Of a DNA stretch of 64,000 bases, positions 53,286-64,000 are shown in pieces. Positions within the stretch are counted from its first letter, which is position 1. Every line of letters begins with the position of its first letter. The notes below the pieces were generated by a model. That model saw nothing but the letters and a program-made list of their open reading frames with translations. It searched no databases and was not told where the DNA came from. A program made the position numbers and the translations under genes. The stretch comes from Lama glama (lineage: Eukaryota), in the NCBI GenBank assembly GCA_028534125.1, contig CM052817.1, positions 65,474,001 through 65,538,000 on the forward strand, given 5' to 3'.

Positions 53286-53542
53286 TTTTTGTGTCAGATG
53301 ATATCATAGATTACTGCCCAGTCTTGGATTGATCCTCTTTGCCATCCACTCATTTGTGGCTATGGAGGAATAGAGTATCACTGTACAAAGCAAAGATGCC
53401 AAATGGGTGTTGCATTTGGTAGAGACTAGGAGAGAATATAAGTGAGGCATGGTTCTTTGGTAGCTGTGGGTTGGAAAACGTTCTGAGTGTGGTTCTATCC
53501 AATATACCAGTTTAACATTTCAGCACAAATTCTTATACTTAC

Positions 53543-53653
53543 TCTTGGGGTGGGAACTTTGTAATGTTGAAACAACAGTTGAAAGTGGACATTTTCTCAC
53601 TGTTGTACTTGTAATGTTGGCTTCAGTCGTCATGACACCTTTGGTTGTGGTTC
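53543..53653 (-). CDS. EMCN: EMCN exon 4 (111 nt, phase 1-1), GTTTKGVMTTEANITSTTVRKCPLSTVVSTLQSSHPK
   Basis: Acceptor tctttttacataattag|, donor AGA|gtaagt, open frame. VSTLQSS.PK matches human AVSTLQSSKPK. Confidence 0.93.
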
Positions 53654-55894
53654 CTAATTATGTAAAAAGAATGAATAGCTATCAGGAGTATAATCAATCA
53701 CTAGATAGTCTCATTAATATTAATATAAACATCCAGGTACAACTTGAAGATTAGTCACTTAAAGTCTTCTGATCAAGATACAGAAATCCAATGTTTTGAT
53801 GTCTGCCTTTTGGTGAGTCAGTTAATTACATTTTTTAAAAATGGAAGGACATTAGACTCTTCTACATGCCTGCTATAGGTTATTTCATTTGATCATAACA
53901 GTAATTCTATGAAGTAAGTAATAATTATGATCATAATTTTATGTATGACTCAGCAGAGTTAAATAATTTTCCCACAGGAGAGAGCCAAGCCTTTCTGATA
54001 CAAAACCTAATTACTCAGCTACCCTAGAAAGGGGGTGGTGGTAAGGAAGTGGTAGTAGTTGAAGATGGTACCATGGTTCCCATGCTGTCTGGGAGAGAAT
54101 TTTCAGGTAGGTGGAATAGCTAAGAGGAAAGAGACAACAGGAAATAAATAGAATAAACTTTAAATTATACTTAGTTCATTTTCTTGGGGGGAAAAAAGGA
54201 AATTTAACAACAAAGATAAGCTAAGTTTTCAAAAATAACATTGAAATAAGATTAAGCACAGATATTACAAAAACAAAATGATTAAAGCCCTTTGGTCTTT
54301 TCAAAGTCTAGTATGGGGAACACTGAGTTAGTATGAAAAGGGTAAGGAAAATGCATAGTGTTAGCTAGATACGATGTTGGCTGGAGATGGGGGGAAACCA
54401 GTTTAATAGATTACTATCACGCAGAGGTTTGGAAGCCTGATGACTTGTGTCTGTCAGAAGTGCCAATCAGCTTTCATTCTATGGCAACAAGCATCTACAG
54501 TGCAATGCAGATTCTTAGTGCAGTTGAGAGATTCATTCTGGAGAAAGCAACAGTTTGGAAGAAGACCTCACAGACAGTGGGTAAATATGTCTTCAGGCAA
54601 AAAAGCCTTTAGGAATCAGTGTACTAAAAAAAGTGAATAAATTTGAATATAGGCTATAGCATTAACACCGCATAGGAGGAAGAATAAGCGGAAATGGGCA
54701 CAAACTTCACAGGAATCTTGAAGTGTTAAATTGAGATGGAAACACTTGAGGAAGTAAAAAAATGTCTTACAGCAGCAGGAAAGCAGAAATTGCTGTTTGT
54801 AATAGCATGGAAATGGGAAAGGTGCAGAAACTCAAAATCTGGGGATGAAAGAACCTGCGGGGATAAAGATTTTGCTTCTCACTGGAACTTCAAGAATATG
54901 TGCTTAGAAATATCAGAACAGTTCTTTAGAAATCTTCAGAGAAGAATTCTTCTGCTTGAGCTAAAATTGGAAACCATATACAAGCTATCCTGATGGCCTA
55001 AAGAATTTTCTAATATAAAGCAGGCTCAACTGTCTTAGTGATGGGAAAAAAAGAGTATATAACTAAGAAAGATGTGGGGAAGTGCCAGATTACAAAACTA
55101 CAAAGAGAAGAGCAGAATGATGGAATATCTGGAGATACAATGCCAAAGATTTTGCTTAGAGGATTGGCTATTATTACTGTGGAATATACTTCATAAATGA
55201 GGGTAGAATTAGAGCCCTCGCTCAATTAAGGACATGTTGTCAATTATACACTGTCAACTAGACAACAGAAGGAGATGAGAATGCTTAGAAAGTAATCAAA
55301 ATATTGAGAAATAGACATGATAGACCATGAAAATAAAATAGAATGAAAGATGAATAGAGTGAAAGATGAATAGAGTGAAAATGTAGCAACCAATGCTGCC
55401 ACAGCCATAACTTTTCAAATTTCACTGGTACACTGAATGTTTCAAATCCTAGTCTGAGGAGGAAAGAAAATGGGTGACGGACATTTATTAAAATATGAGA
55501 ACTACAGTCTTGTGTTAACATCTTATTGGAAAAATGTTCCCAGCTGCACTTTGGGTTCATACATAGTAGATTCTGGACTCCTGCCAAGAAGTGATCGACA
55601 CCTCAGAGAAAAAGGAAACCAATCTTAAAGCTGTTCTTTAAGTCCACATGGTTTGCTCTCTTTCAGTTTTTCTGTCTAGCTATTTTCTCCTAGATAACAC
55701 TATGTGTCTGCTTTAGTCTACAGGTGTGAATTGTACTGGAAATCTGGATAATAATACATGTATTAGGTTGACATACATTATTTTGCTTGAGAAATACTAA
55801 TTTAAATTTCAGCATCAAGATGACATTGGCTTTACTTTTAGGACCTGTGTTTTTGAAATTTATGTTCTTTTTTCATGTTCTTGATTTAAAAAAA

Positions 55895-56115
55895 ATTGTT
55901 TTTTATTGAAGTGTAGTTGATTTACAACATTAGTTTCAAGTGTACCACAAAGTGATTCAGTTATACATATACATACATATGTATATATTTTTTCAGATTC
56001 TTTTCCATCATATGTTATTATAAGAAATTGAATATAGTTCCCTGTGCTATATAGCAGGTCCTTGTTGTTTATCTATTTTATATATAGTAATGTGTATCTG
56101 TTAATCCCAAACTCA
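55895..56115 (-). mobile_element. Younger L1 3' end fragment (same family as 15812-16093)
   Basis: ttttattgaagtgtagttgatttacaa...gaatatagttccctgtgctata. Confidence 0.85.
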
Positions 56116-58603
56116 TATAAGGAACTTTAAAATCATATTTGACTTGTAATAAGGAGACTCTAACACAAGAGTTGCTTAAGAAAGTTGCATCAGGACCAGA
56201 GTATAAGTGAAGAGAAGAGATCTTCACTCCAACCATAGCCTTAAGTGAGAAACACTGGCTAGAACCAAGCAGAATGAGTGTGAAGAATATGGGCTGTTTT
56301 GTAATTGGTCTTGGAATTATCCATGTGAGATTCATTTTGTATCTTTTGGGAAGTTAAATTTTAGGGAGTAAGCAATAAATGTGGATATTAATTATATTAG
56401 GAATTTAAGATGTATTTACAACAGATTGACTTGAAAGGGAGAGTATATGGAGGATTAAATTGTTCAGGGAAGAAGATTAAGCAACTTTACCCTTTGAAAT
56501 TATGATTTGACTTACAGTATTATTTTATCTAATGCACACAGCAAAAGCTTCTTGTGTGATCACTTTGTTTTCAGAAATAGAATATGGGGTAAGTGACTTT
56601 TTGACAAAGTTAACATTTACTAAAAAAATACGCTATAGAATACTAGTACTGTGGCACACTATTTGGTTATGTTTTTAAAAATGTTTTTATAGTCAAATTA
56701 TTTGGAGATGCATAAACTTTTTAAATGTCAAATGGATATCTTTATGTTAGGATTACCGAGATTAAAAAAAATGTTATTGTGCATTGTAAAACCCCTAGGA
56801 GGACAGTATTTTTCAAAAACAATTGCCCAAGTAACTCCATTTTCAGGGATCATTTTATAGACCAGTGCTTCATAGGAATTCTGTACCCATGACAATGAGG
56901 GTAATCTGGGATGAACTAAATTAATATCCGGATTCATTTAAGTGACTTCTGAGATAATATTAAAGAGCCCATGGAGAGATTGTGAGGAGCCTAAACCAAT
57001 GGCCCTAGAGGGATGTGTCAAAGTAGTGGTAAAGACTGGAAAAGAAGGTTCTTAACGTTTGCTCAGATTCTTCCAAATGCCTCCCTTGGAGTGAAAAGCA
57101 ATACCCTAGAATGTAATTAAGTTTAAATGCAAAGCCCGAGGGAAAAAATAAAGATGTGAAGGAATGTAGGCTAAATGCCTGAACAATTCAAAGAGAAGGT
57201 AAGATTGCATCTCCTCCAGTACTCATTCCTAAGGAAGAGGACCTCAGATAATGAAACCAGACTATCATGGGATCCCCAAAGATTCTGAAGAGAACAAAAT
57301 GGTGGTGGGGAAGGACAGGTAGAGTAGGGCCAGAGCTTTAAGCGGAGACAAGAAGAGGAGAAAGTTTCATTTCTATGTAAACTTTGTATGTCCCTTTTCT
57401 TTTCCATATTATTTAGAGGGTGGATTGAAGTAGGAATTAAGTGCCCCTTGGAATTGTGTGTTTAGCAATGTCCTATGCCTTGTAAGACCATCTAGGACTT
57501 GGGTTTAACCCCAGGAAAGTAGGCTGGAGAGGACCACTGAGAGCTCCTTGCTGATTACGCCTGGTCTAGTAGGGTGTCTAGGTGTCTTCAGATGTATTGG
57601 TCTTCTAGCCCAGTTCACCAAGGTAAGTTCATACAGGAACCTGGGACTGATTCCAGGTCAGGAATAAACTTAGACTTGCACTTAGAGTGGCTTTTTGCAT
57701 TATATACCCCAAATCAAGTGAGTTGGGGGTTTGGTGATTCAGAGCAATGTAGTAATTTGGGCTTTCTTTTTTAATCCCTTTGTTCTTTCTTAGAGACTTC
57801 ACTAACAGATAGATGTTGACTTTCTACTTCCTTAAAGTCTATTTTAATGGTGTTTCCTGGAGCCAGAGCAAATCCTGGTAGGAGTTGCTTCTTTATTTTC
57901 TCAGATCTGTTTACTTATTTACCTATCAAGTCCGACACATGAAAAATCAGCATAATGCTTACAGGGATGTTAAAAGCTTCTCAAACATTTGAGCTGCCCC
58001 GTTTGAAAACTGTAGTTCACAGTTACCAATGAAGTTATTCCCAGCTCAGGAGGTGAGTGAAAAAGAGTAGCTTTGTTTGTTTTCCAGTTGTAGAATACAC
58101 AGTTTTTATTTTACTATGAATATGAACTATGTTTAGATAAACAAAATAATGACTTATTGCAGGAAATTTTAACTGTGCTACTAAAGCCCTAAGGGCTCCG
58201 TGGGGAAGCCTCACAGACGGTCTTTACTGGTAAGAGAGAGAAATGCGGAGAGGCGGGCAGAAGTCCACCCTCACACATCACCACCACGCTGCCTCCAACC
58301 GGGCAGGGTTCAGTGTCTGTTTGCTATGTGCACACTCTGGACTTTCTTAAGAGACCTTAGGAGACCTTAGGAGGAAACATCTCTGCTCATTACAAACAAT
58401 TTTAGTCAACAATTGCTATAATAATGAGAGTTCTAAAATCAGACCTTGCCTGTCCACACAAGATGAACAACATCAGAGTAGACAGCAGATCTATTGTTAT
58501 TGTGAAATTCATGTGCTAATAGTATTTCTATGCTCTGCTTAAGAGCATCACTTTTCACCTGGACTTATTTACTCTTTTATAAACACAATTCTAACAAATT
58601 TGT

Positions 58604-58626
58604 TGTGTGTGTGTGTGTGTGTGTGT
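58604..58626. repeat. (TG)n microsatellite
   Basis: Read directly from the sequence. Confidence 0.95.
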
Positions 58627-59074
58627 ATGTTTTCCACTAAAAGGAGCAACTTCAAAGAAATAACCATTCATATCAGGCTGGCAACCTCACCAAAAGTGTA
58701 GCCTAAAAGCAGGGAAAGAACAAGAACGTGTACCAAAAAAGGAAAAACAGGCAAAAATTACAGAATTCTGTGACTATTTTGTGTAGGAAGAAAAAAATGC
58801 CATGTAAGGCTCATTAATACCTGAGGGGCTTACAATTTAATAGCCAAGTGTAGTAATTGAGACTAAAATAATAATACGGAATGCTTAAGAAATAGGTGAT
58901 TGTGAACTTGTTCATTGGGGAAAAAAATTGAAATTAAAGGACCAGCTTTCAAATTCCAAATTGTTATTATGAATTTTGTGCTTTTCTGTTAAGTCATTTA
59001 ACCTCTCTGAAACTCAGTTTTCCGATTTTAAAATAATGATTTTAAAATAATCTTAAAAAAGTGATAATACAGTC

Positions 59075-62000
59075 TGAGGTGTGGACAAGATGATGAAGTA
59101 GGAAGATCCTGAGCTCACTTCTGCTCATAGTACAGCAAAATTACAACTATTTACAGAGAAACTATCTGTGAAAATTACCTGAAGACTAGCAGAAAAGATT
59201 TTCCACAACTAAAGATACAAAGAAGGAACCACAACAGGAGTGGTAGGAGGGGTGGAGATGCAATACAGTCAAGACCCCCACCCCCAAGGATAATCACAAT
59301 TCCAGAGGTTCTCCCCAGGGAGTGAGTCTGACTTCCACGTCGGGCTCCCCCGCCTGCGGGTCCTGCACTCCCAGAACCGTGAGCCCCCAGAACACCTGGC
59401 TTTGAAGGCCAGCTGGGCTTGTGCAAGGGAGAGCCAGAAGGCTGTAGGAAACACACTCTGCTCTTAGAGGGCACATGTAAAATTTCACAGCACAGGGCCA
59501 GTAATTTGAAAGAAGCCTGGGTCAGTCCCATTCGCTGATCTTGGAGAGCCTCACAGAGAGGCAAGAAGCAACGGGACCTTCCTCTGGGAACACTGATGCT
59601 GGCAACAAACATTTTTGGGAGCTCATTCTGCCTTGTCTGCCACGAGGACACTGGTGCTGACAAGCACAATTTTGGAGTCCTCCCTCTAGCCTTTAAGTGT
59701 CAAGGGCTTGCCCACTCACCATCAGGCAGGAACCAACCCCCAGACCCTTGGAGCTCTGCAGCCAGCTGCTCTGGGACCCCATCCCACCTGCCAACAGCCT
59801 GTCCCCAGCCCTGGGACTCCCCAGATTGTACAGCCAGCCACACCTGGACCTGGTCTTGCCGACCAGCAGGCAGGCACTAGCCCTGGGACCCTCTGCATCA
59901 CACAACCAGTCATAATGGAACCTGGCTTTACCCACCAGCAGGCCAGGCAGGCACCACACGAGTTCGGGCCTGGCAGCCAACCTGGCTGGGGGCCAGCTCC
60001 GCCTGCCAGTGCGCCCACAGTGGTCAGCTCCACCACAACAGAGGGGCCTACACAGTCAACACTGGGGTACCCTTACAGCATGACAGCCCTGGTGAGCAGA
60101 GGTGGGTGTGCCGCTGAGCCCCACAGCACGTCTCCTATATAAGGCCACTTCTCAAAGATTGGGAAACATAACCAAACTACATAAATAATGCACAGAAATA
60201 AACAGAGAATTAGGCAAAATGAAGAGACAAAGGAATATGTTCCAAAAGAAGGAACAAGACAAAACCATAGAAGAACAAAATAAAATGTAGATAAGCAACA
60301 TACACGACAAAGAGCTCAAGGTAACAATTACAAGGATGCTCCATGAACCTGGAAGAAGAATGAATGAACACAGTGAGAAGTTTAACAAAGAGTTAGAAAA
60401 TATGAAGATGAGTCAAACAGAGCTGAAGAACGCAAGAACTGAAATAAAAAAAGACACTAGAAGGAATCACCAGTAAATCAGATGATTCAGCGAAAGTGGA
60501 CAGAGAGCCGAAAGACAAAGCAGTGAAAATCACCCAAGTTGAACACAGAAAGGAAAAAAGAATCTTAAAAAAATGAAGACAGTTTAAGAGACCTTTAGGA
60601 CAAGATCAAGCAGACAAACATTCACATTACAGGTGTCCTAGAAGGAGAAGCAAGAGAGAAAGAAGCAGAGAATGCCTTTGGAGAAATAATAGCTGAAAAC
60701 TTCCCTAACCTGGGAAAGGAAACATATATTCAGGTCCAGGAAGTACAGAGAGTCCCAAACAAGATGAACTTGAAGAGGTTTACACCAAGAAACATTATAA
60801 TTAAAATGGCAAATACTAAAGATAAGGAGAGAATCTTAAAAGCATCAAAAGAAAAGCAACTAGTTATGTAGAAGAGAACTCCCATAAGCCTATGAGCTGA
60901 CTTTTCAGCAGAAATTTTGTAGGCCAGAAGAGAGTGACATGATATATTCAAGGTAATGAAAGGAAAAAAAAATCTACATCCAAGAATAATCTAACTGGCA
61001 AACCCATCATTCTGATTTGAAGAAGAGGTAGTTTTACAGACAAGCAGAAGCAAAGAGTTCAGCACCACTAAACCAGTGCTACAAGACGGGACTTCTTTCT
61101 CTAAGTGAAGTAGAAAAGACCACAGCCAGAAATAGGAAAATTATGAAAGTAGAAATCTCCTTGGTAACGCAAGCACACCCACGGGACACTGCTTGCCACA
61201 AAGGCCCCATTGTTAATGCGTTCTCGTGAAGGGAGGGGTGCAACGCTGCCACAGAAGCCTCCTTTTCTGTGAGACCACAGGGTGTGGTCTGATCAGAAAA
61301 GCCAGACTGCTAATCAGCTCTGTGAGCCGGCATAACAGGGGGCAGGTGATACCGCAGAGGGCACTTCCCGGAGGACAGCTCCTATGGGGGAACACCCAGC
61401 GGCCCCTCTCCCCGCGGAAGCCCTCCAGTCCCGCTGGATCCCGACTCAGAAACGGACCTGGGGGCTTCTGCTCTGACAGCTGGGGAGCAGACCTGGCCGC
61501 TGACAGAGCTGTGACAGCCACAGAGCACAGAGGAGGCCCCACGCAACCTCCAGTGCAGGCTCTGGTCACCACAACACCAGTCACGCCCCCCGTCAAGGGG
61601 ATAGCAGCCAGCACACATGGAGGAAAGACGTGGCAGGCATTCAGACTGAAAACAGCTCTCACAACAAAGTAGATGCACACAGTCTATTCAGGGACGTTTC
61701 CACGTACAAACAGCTCCTCGAGATCACAGTAGATAACTGTCACTCCTAAATTCATGGAGTTAGAGAAATACAAGTGAAATGAAGAAGCTGAGGAACCACT
61801 CCCAAGTAAAAGAAGAAGAGAACTCTTCTGGAAGAACAAACAACGAACTAGACCTCTATGTCTACAAGATCTTGAGTTCAGAAAGGAGATGACAGAGGCA
61901 AACATACAGGAAAAGTAGATCAACCACTTATAAAGCTAGTAGGAAGGTTAAAAGACAAAGTAGTAAAATCAGCATACCAACAATAGGTATTTAAAGGATG

Positions 62001-62715
62001 CCCCAAACAAAAAGATGTAAAAGTTGATGTCAAAAGCATTAAATATATATATATATATATATTTATGTTGTTATATAAAAACTTCCTGGTAATCACAAAC
62101 CAAAAATCTGTAACAGTTACAAACAAACAAAAGAAAAAAAATCCAAACAAAACACCAAAGATTGTCATCAAATCATAAGGAAAAGAGCAAAAGAAGAAGA
62201 AAAAAAACAAAAAAGAACCAGAAAACAATTAACAAAATGAAAATACATACACACCTATCAATGATTACTTTAAATGTAAATGAACTAAATGTTCCAATCA
62301 AAAGACATAGAGTGGCTGATTGGATTAAAAAAACAAAAATAATAAGACCAACATTTATGCTGCCTACAAGAGATTCACTTCAGATTTAAAGACACACATA
62401 GATTGAAAATGAGAGAACGGAAAAAGTATTTAATGTAGATGCAAACGAAAAGAGAGCTGGTGTAGCAATACTCGTAACAGACAAAGACTGTAGCAAAAGA
62501 TGAAGAAGGACTTTACATAATGATTAAGGGATCAATCCACAGAAAGATAAAATAATTGTAAATATATATGCACTCAATATAGGAGCACCAAAATATATAA
62601 AACAAATATTATCAAATGTAAAGGAGAAACTGACAGCAACACAATAGTAGAGTACTTTAACACCCCAAATGCATCAACTACCAAAACTGAGTCAGGAAGA
62701 AATAGAAAATCTACA
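59075..62715 (+). mobile_element. Decayed L1 5' portion: 5'UTR, disrupted ORF1 (ATG 60219, MKRQRNMFQ...), inter-ORF region, start of ORF2 endonuclease (ITLNVNELNVPIKRHRVADWIKK)
   Basis: ORF1 motifs (EIIAENFPNLGK, HIIIKMA, ERILKA) with stops and frameshifts; EN N-terminus in ORF 62162..62389. Confidence 0.92.
61170..61896 (+). mobile_element. Second L1 5'UTR plus ORF1 N-terminus (ATG 61779, MKKLRNHSQVKEEENS) nested in the inter-ORF region
   Basis: CpG-richer UTR block followed by an L1 ORF1 start; the host L1 resumes at ggcaaacataca. Confidence 0.7.
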
Positions 62716-62719
62716 TGGA

Positions 62720-63040
62720 AACAAACAGACTGCTAAATATTTCTCCAACAGAGATGTGTTTATTTGGGACCAGAGGAGAACTGCAATTCAAGGTCTGCAA
62801 ACATGCAAGTTCCCCCATGGCAAGGGAAGAAGAACACTTTTATAGAGGGGGAAAAAGAAGTTAGGAGGGCAATAATGAACAGAGTCCATGGCTTTGTATT
62901 GGCTGACTCCTTGCCAGGAAAGAAAAGGAGTCTTCTTCGTACTGAGCTCAGCTACTGTCCCACTGTTGTCCCAAGGTGTGAGAGCTCCCCCTCTTGGTGC
63001 ATCGACTCTATTTAACTGAGGTTTCTGTTTATTAATTTTT
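62720..63040 (-). mobile_element. ERV LTR fragment
   Basis: gtttatttggga...gaactgcaattc...cttttatagagg (antisense AATAAA and TATAAA), ttggctga CCAAT box. Confidence 0.55.
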
Positions 63041-63044
63041 GAAA

Positions 63045-63575
63045 ATACTCAAGAGAAATGAAAACACATGGGTACATGAAAACTTGCACATGAATGCTCT
63101 TAGCAGCATTATTTACAACAGGCAAAAAGGCAGAAACAACTCAAATGTCCATCAAGTAAGAAATAGATAAGTAAAATGTGGTATAGCCACACAATGAAAT
63201 ATTATTCAGTCATAAAAAAGAATGAACTACAGATACATGTTATAGCATAGTTGAACCTAAAAACATTATGCTAAGTGAAAGAAGCCAGACACAAAAGCTC
63301 ATATATCATATGATTCTATTCATGTGAAATCTCTAGAATAGGTAAATAAATCTATAGAGACACAAAGTAGGCTAGTGGTTTCTAAGAATTGGGGGGAAGG
63401 GTAAATGGGGAGGGATTGGTGATAGATGCAGGGTTTTTTCTTGGGGGGATGAAAATGTTCTGGAATTAGATAATGGTGACGGTTGCACAATCTTGTGAAT
63501 ATACTAAAACCCACTGAATTATATACTTTAAAAAGGTGACTGTTATGGTATGTGAACTATACACATTAAAAAAAG
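63045..63575 (+). mobile_element. L1MB-like 3' end
   Basis: aaatgtccatcaa...gctaagtgaaagaagccagacacaaaag...gatgaaaatgttctggaattagat...ggtatgtgaactata. Confidence 0.9.
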
Positions 63576-63599
63576 GTGGCAAAACAAAGCATTACTCAT

Positions 63600-63683
63600 C
63601 TTCATCTTTAACTGTTGTGGTTAATGAAGAAACTATTGTTGGTGGTTTTGGAGGTGTTTTTAAGGATTCCTTGTTGGTAGTTC
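63600..63683 (-). CDS. EMCN: EMCN exon 3 homologue (84 nt, phase 1-1), (G)TTNKESLKTPPKPPTIVSSLTTTVKDE(G); donor is non-canonical (ATGAGT)
   Basis: Acceptor ...cttatcaaactag|GAACTACC. The S/T/P-rich peptide ending KDE resembles human EMCN GTITNELLK...TSKDEG. The 3' boundary AAAGATGAAG|ATGAGTAATG lacks the +1 G. Confidence 0.75.
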
Positions 63684-63868
63684 CTAGTTTGATAAGATAG
63701 ATGACATTATTATTAATTGCAGTTTCATCTCCCCTGTCATGGAATAAATAAAAGTAAGTCAAACCTAAAGGTAGGTAAGCCTTTGTCTTTAATTTTGCCA
63801 TTTTCCAGCTTCTTTTGGTCAAAGTGAGGAATGTAAGTATGTAAGGGCTGAATGCTTGGGTGGCTCTA

Positions 63869-63873
<5 letters not shown>

Positions 63874-63910
<37 letters not shown>
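63874..63910. repeat. (CA)n microsatellite
   Basis: Read directly from the sequence. Confidence 0.97.
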
Positions 63911-63911
<1 letters not shown>

Positions 63912-64000
63912 TTTTGTATAGTAGACCCAAAAAGCAAATTTTCACTGCATATTGTTACCTGGATCTCTTTAAATATGCAAAAAAAATTGTAAAAAATGAA

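Noticed and set aside
54133..54143. FOX:ETS-like motif ACAACAGGAAA
   Set aside because: An isolated short match in purine-rich, repeat-like context with no supporting cluster.
59175..61680. Multiple 95-165 aa GC-rich ORFs
   Set aside because: They lie in L1 5'UTR sequence, overlap in several frames and have no recognisable protein family.
63591..63600. U12-type AT-AC intron after exon 3
   Set aside because: The donor is ATGAGT rather than ATATCCTT, and the exon-4 acceptor is AG.

Overview
AT-rich mammalian genomic DNA, most likely camelid (alpaca/llama/camel), judged from three Vic-1-type tRNA-derived SINEs. The window holds most of the endomucin gene (EMCN) on the minus strand: nine coding exons matching human exons 3-11 (63600-63683, 53543-53653, 42769-42807, 34048-34140, 33348-33401, 31381-31476, 27413-27437, 26166-26227, 20868-20941) plus the non-coding last exon starting at 13760. 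Exons 1-2 lie beyond the right edge. Exon numbers and human comparisons are recalled from human EMCN, not aligned. The rest is intronic or intergenic repeat sequence (L1, L2, MIR, MaLR/ERV LTRs, hAT MITEs, microsatellites) plus a full-length decayed U1 snRNA pseudogene in intron 4. I found no new multi-gene system. The most notable points concern EMCN RNA processing: (1) the exon-3 splice donor reads ATGAGT instead of GTGAGT; (2) a ~235-bp (TTTC)n microsatellite forms the polypyrimidine tract of exon 7, whose acceptor appears shifted 6 nt relative to human; (3) a SINE in the probable 3' UTR supplies new AATAAA signals; (4) an extra Cys sits in the mucin ectodomain. Nearly all ORFs in the supplied track are chance or repeat-derived.
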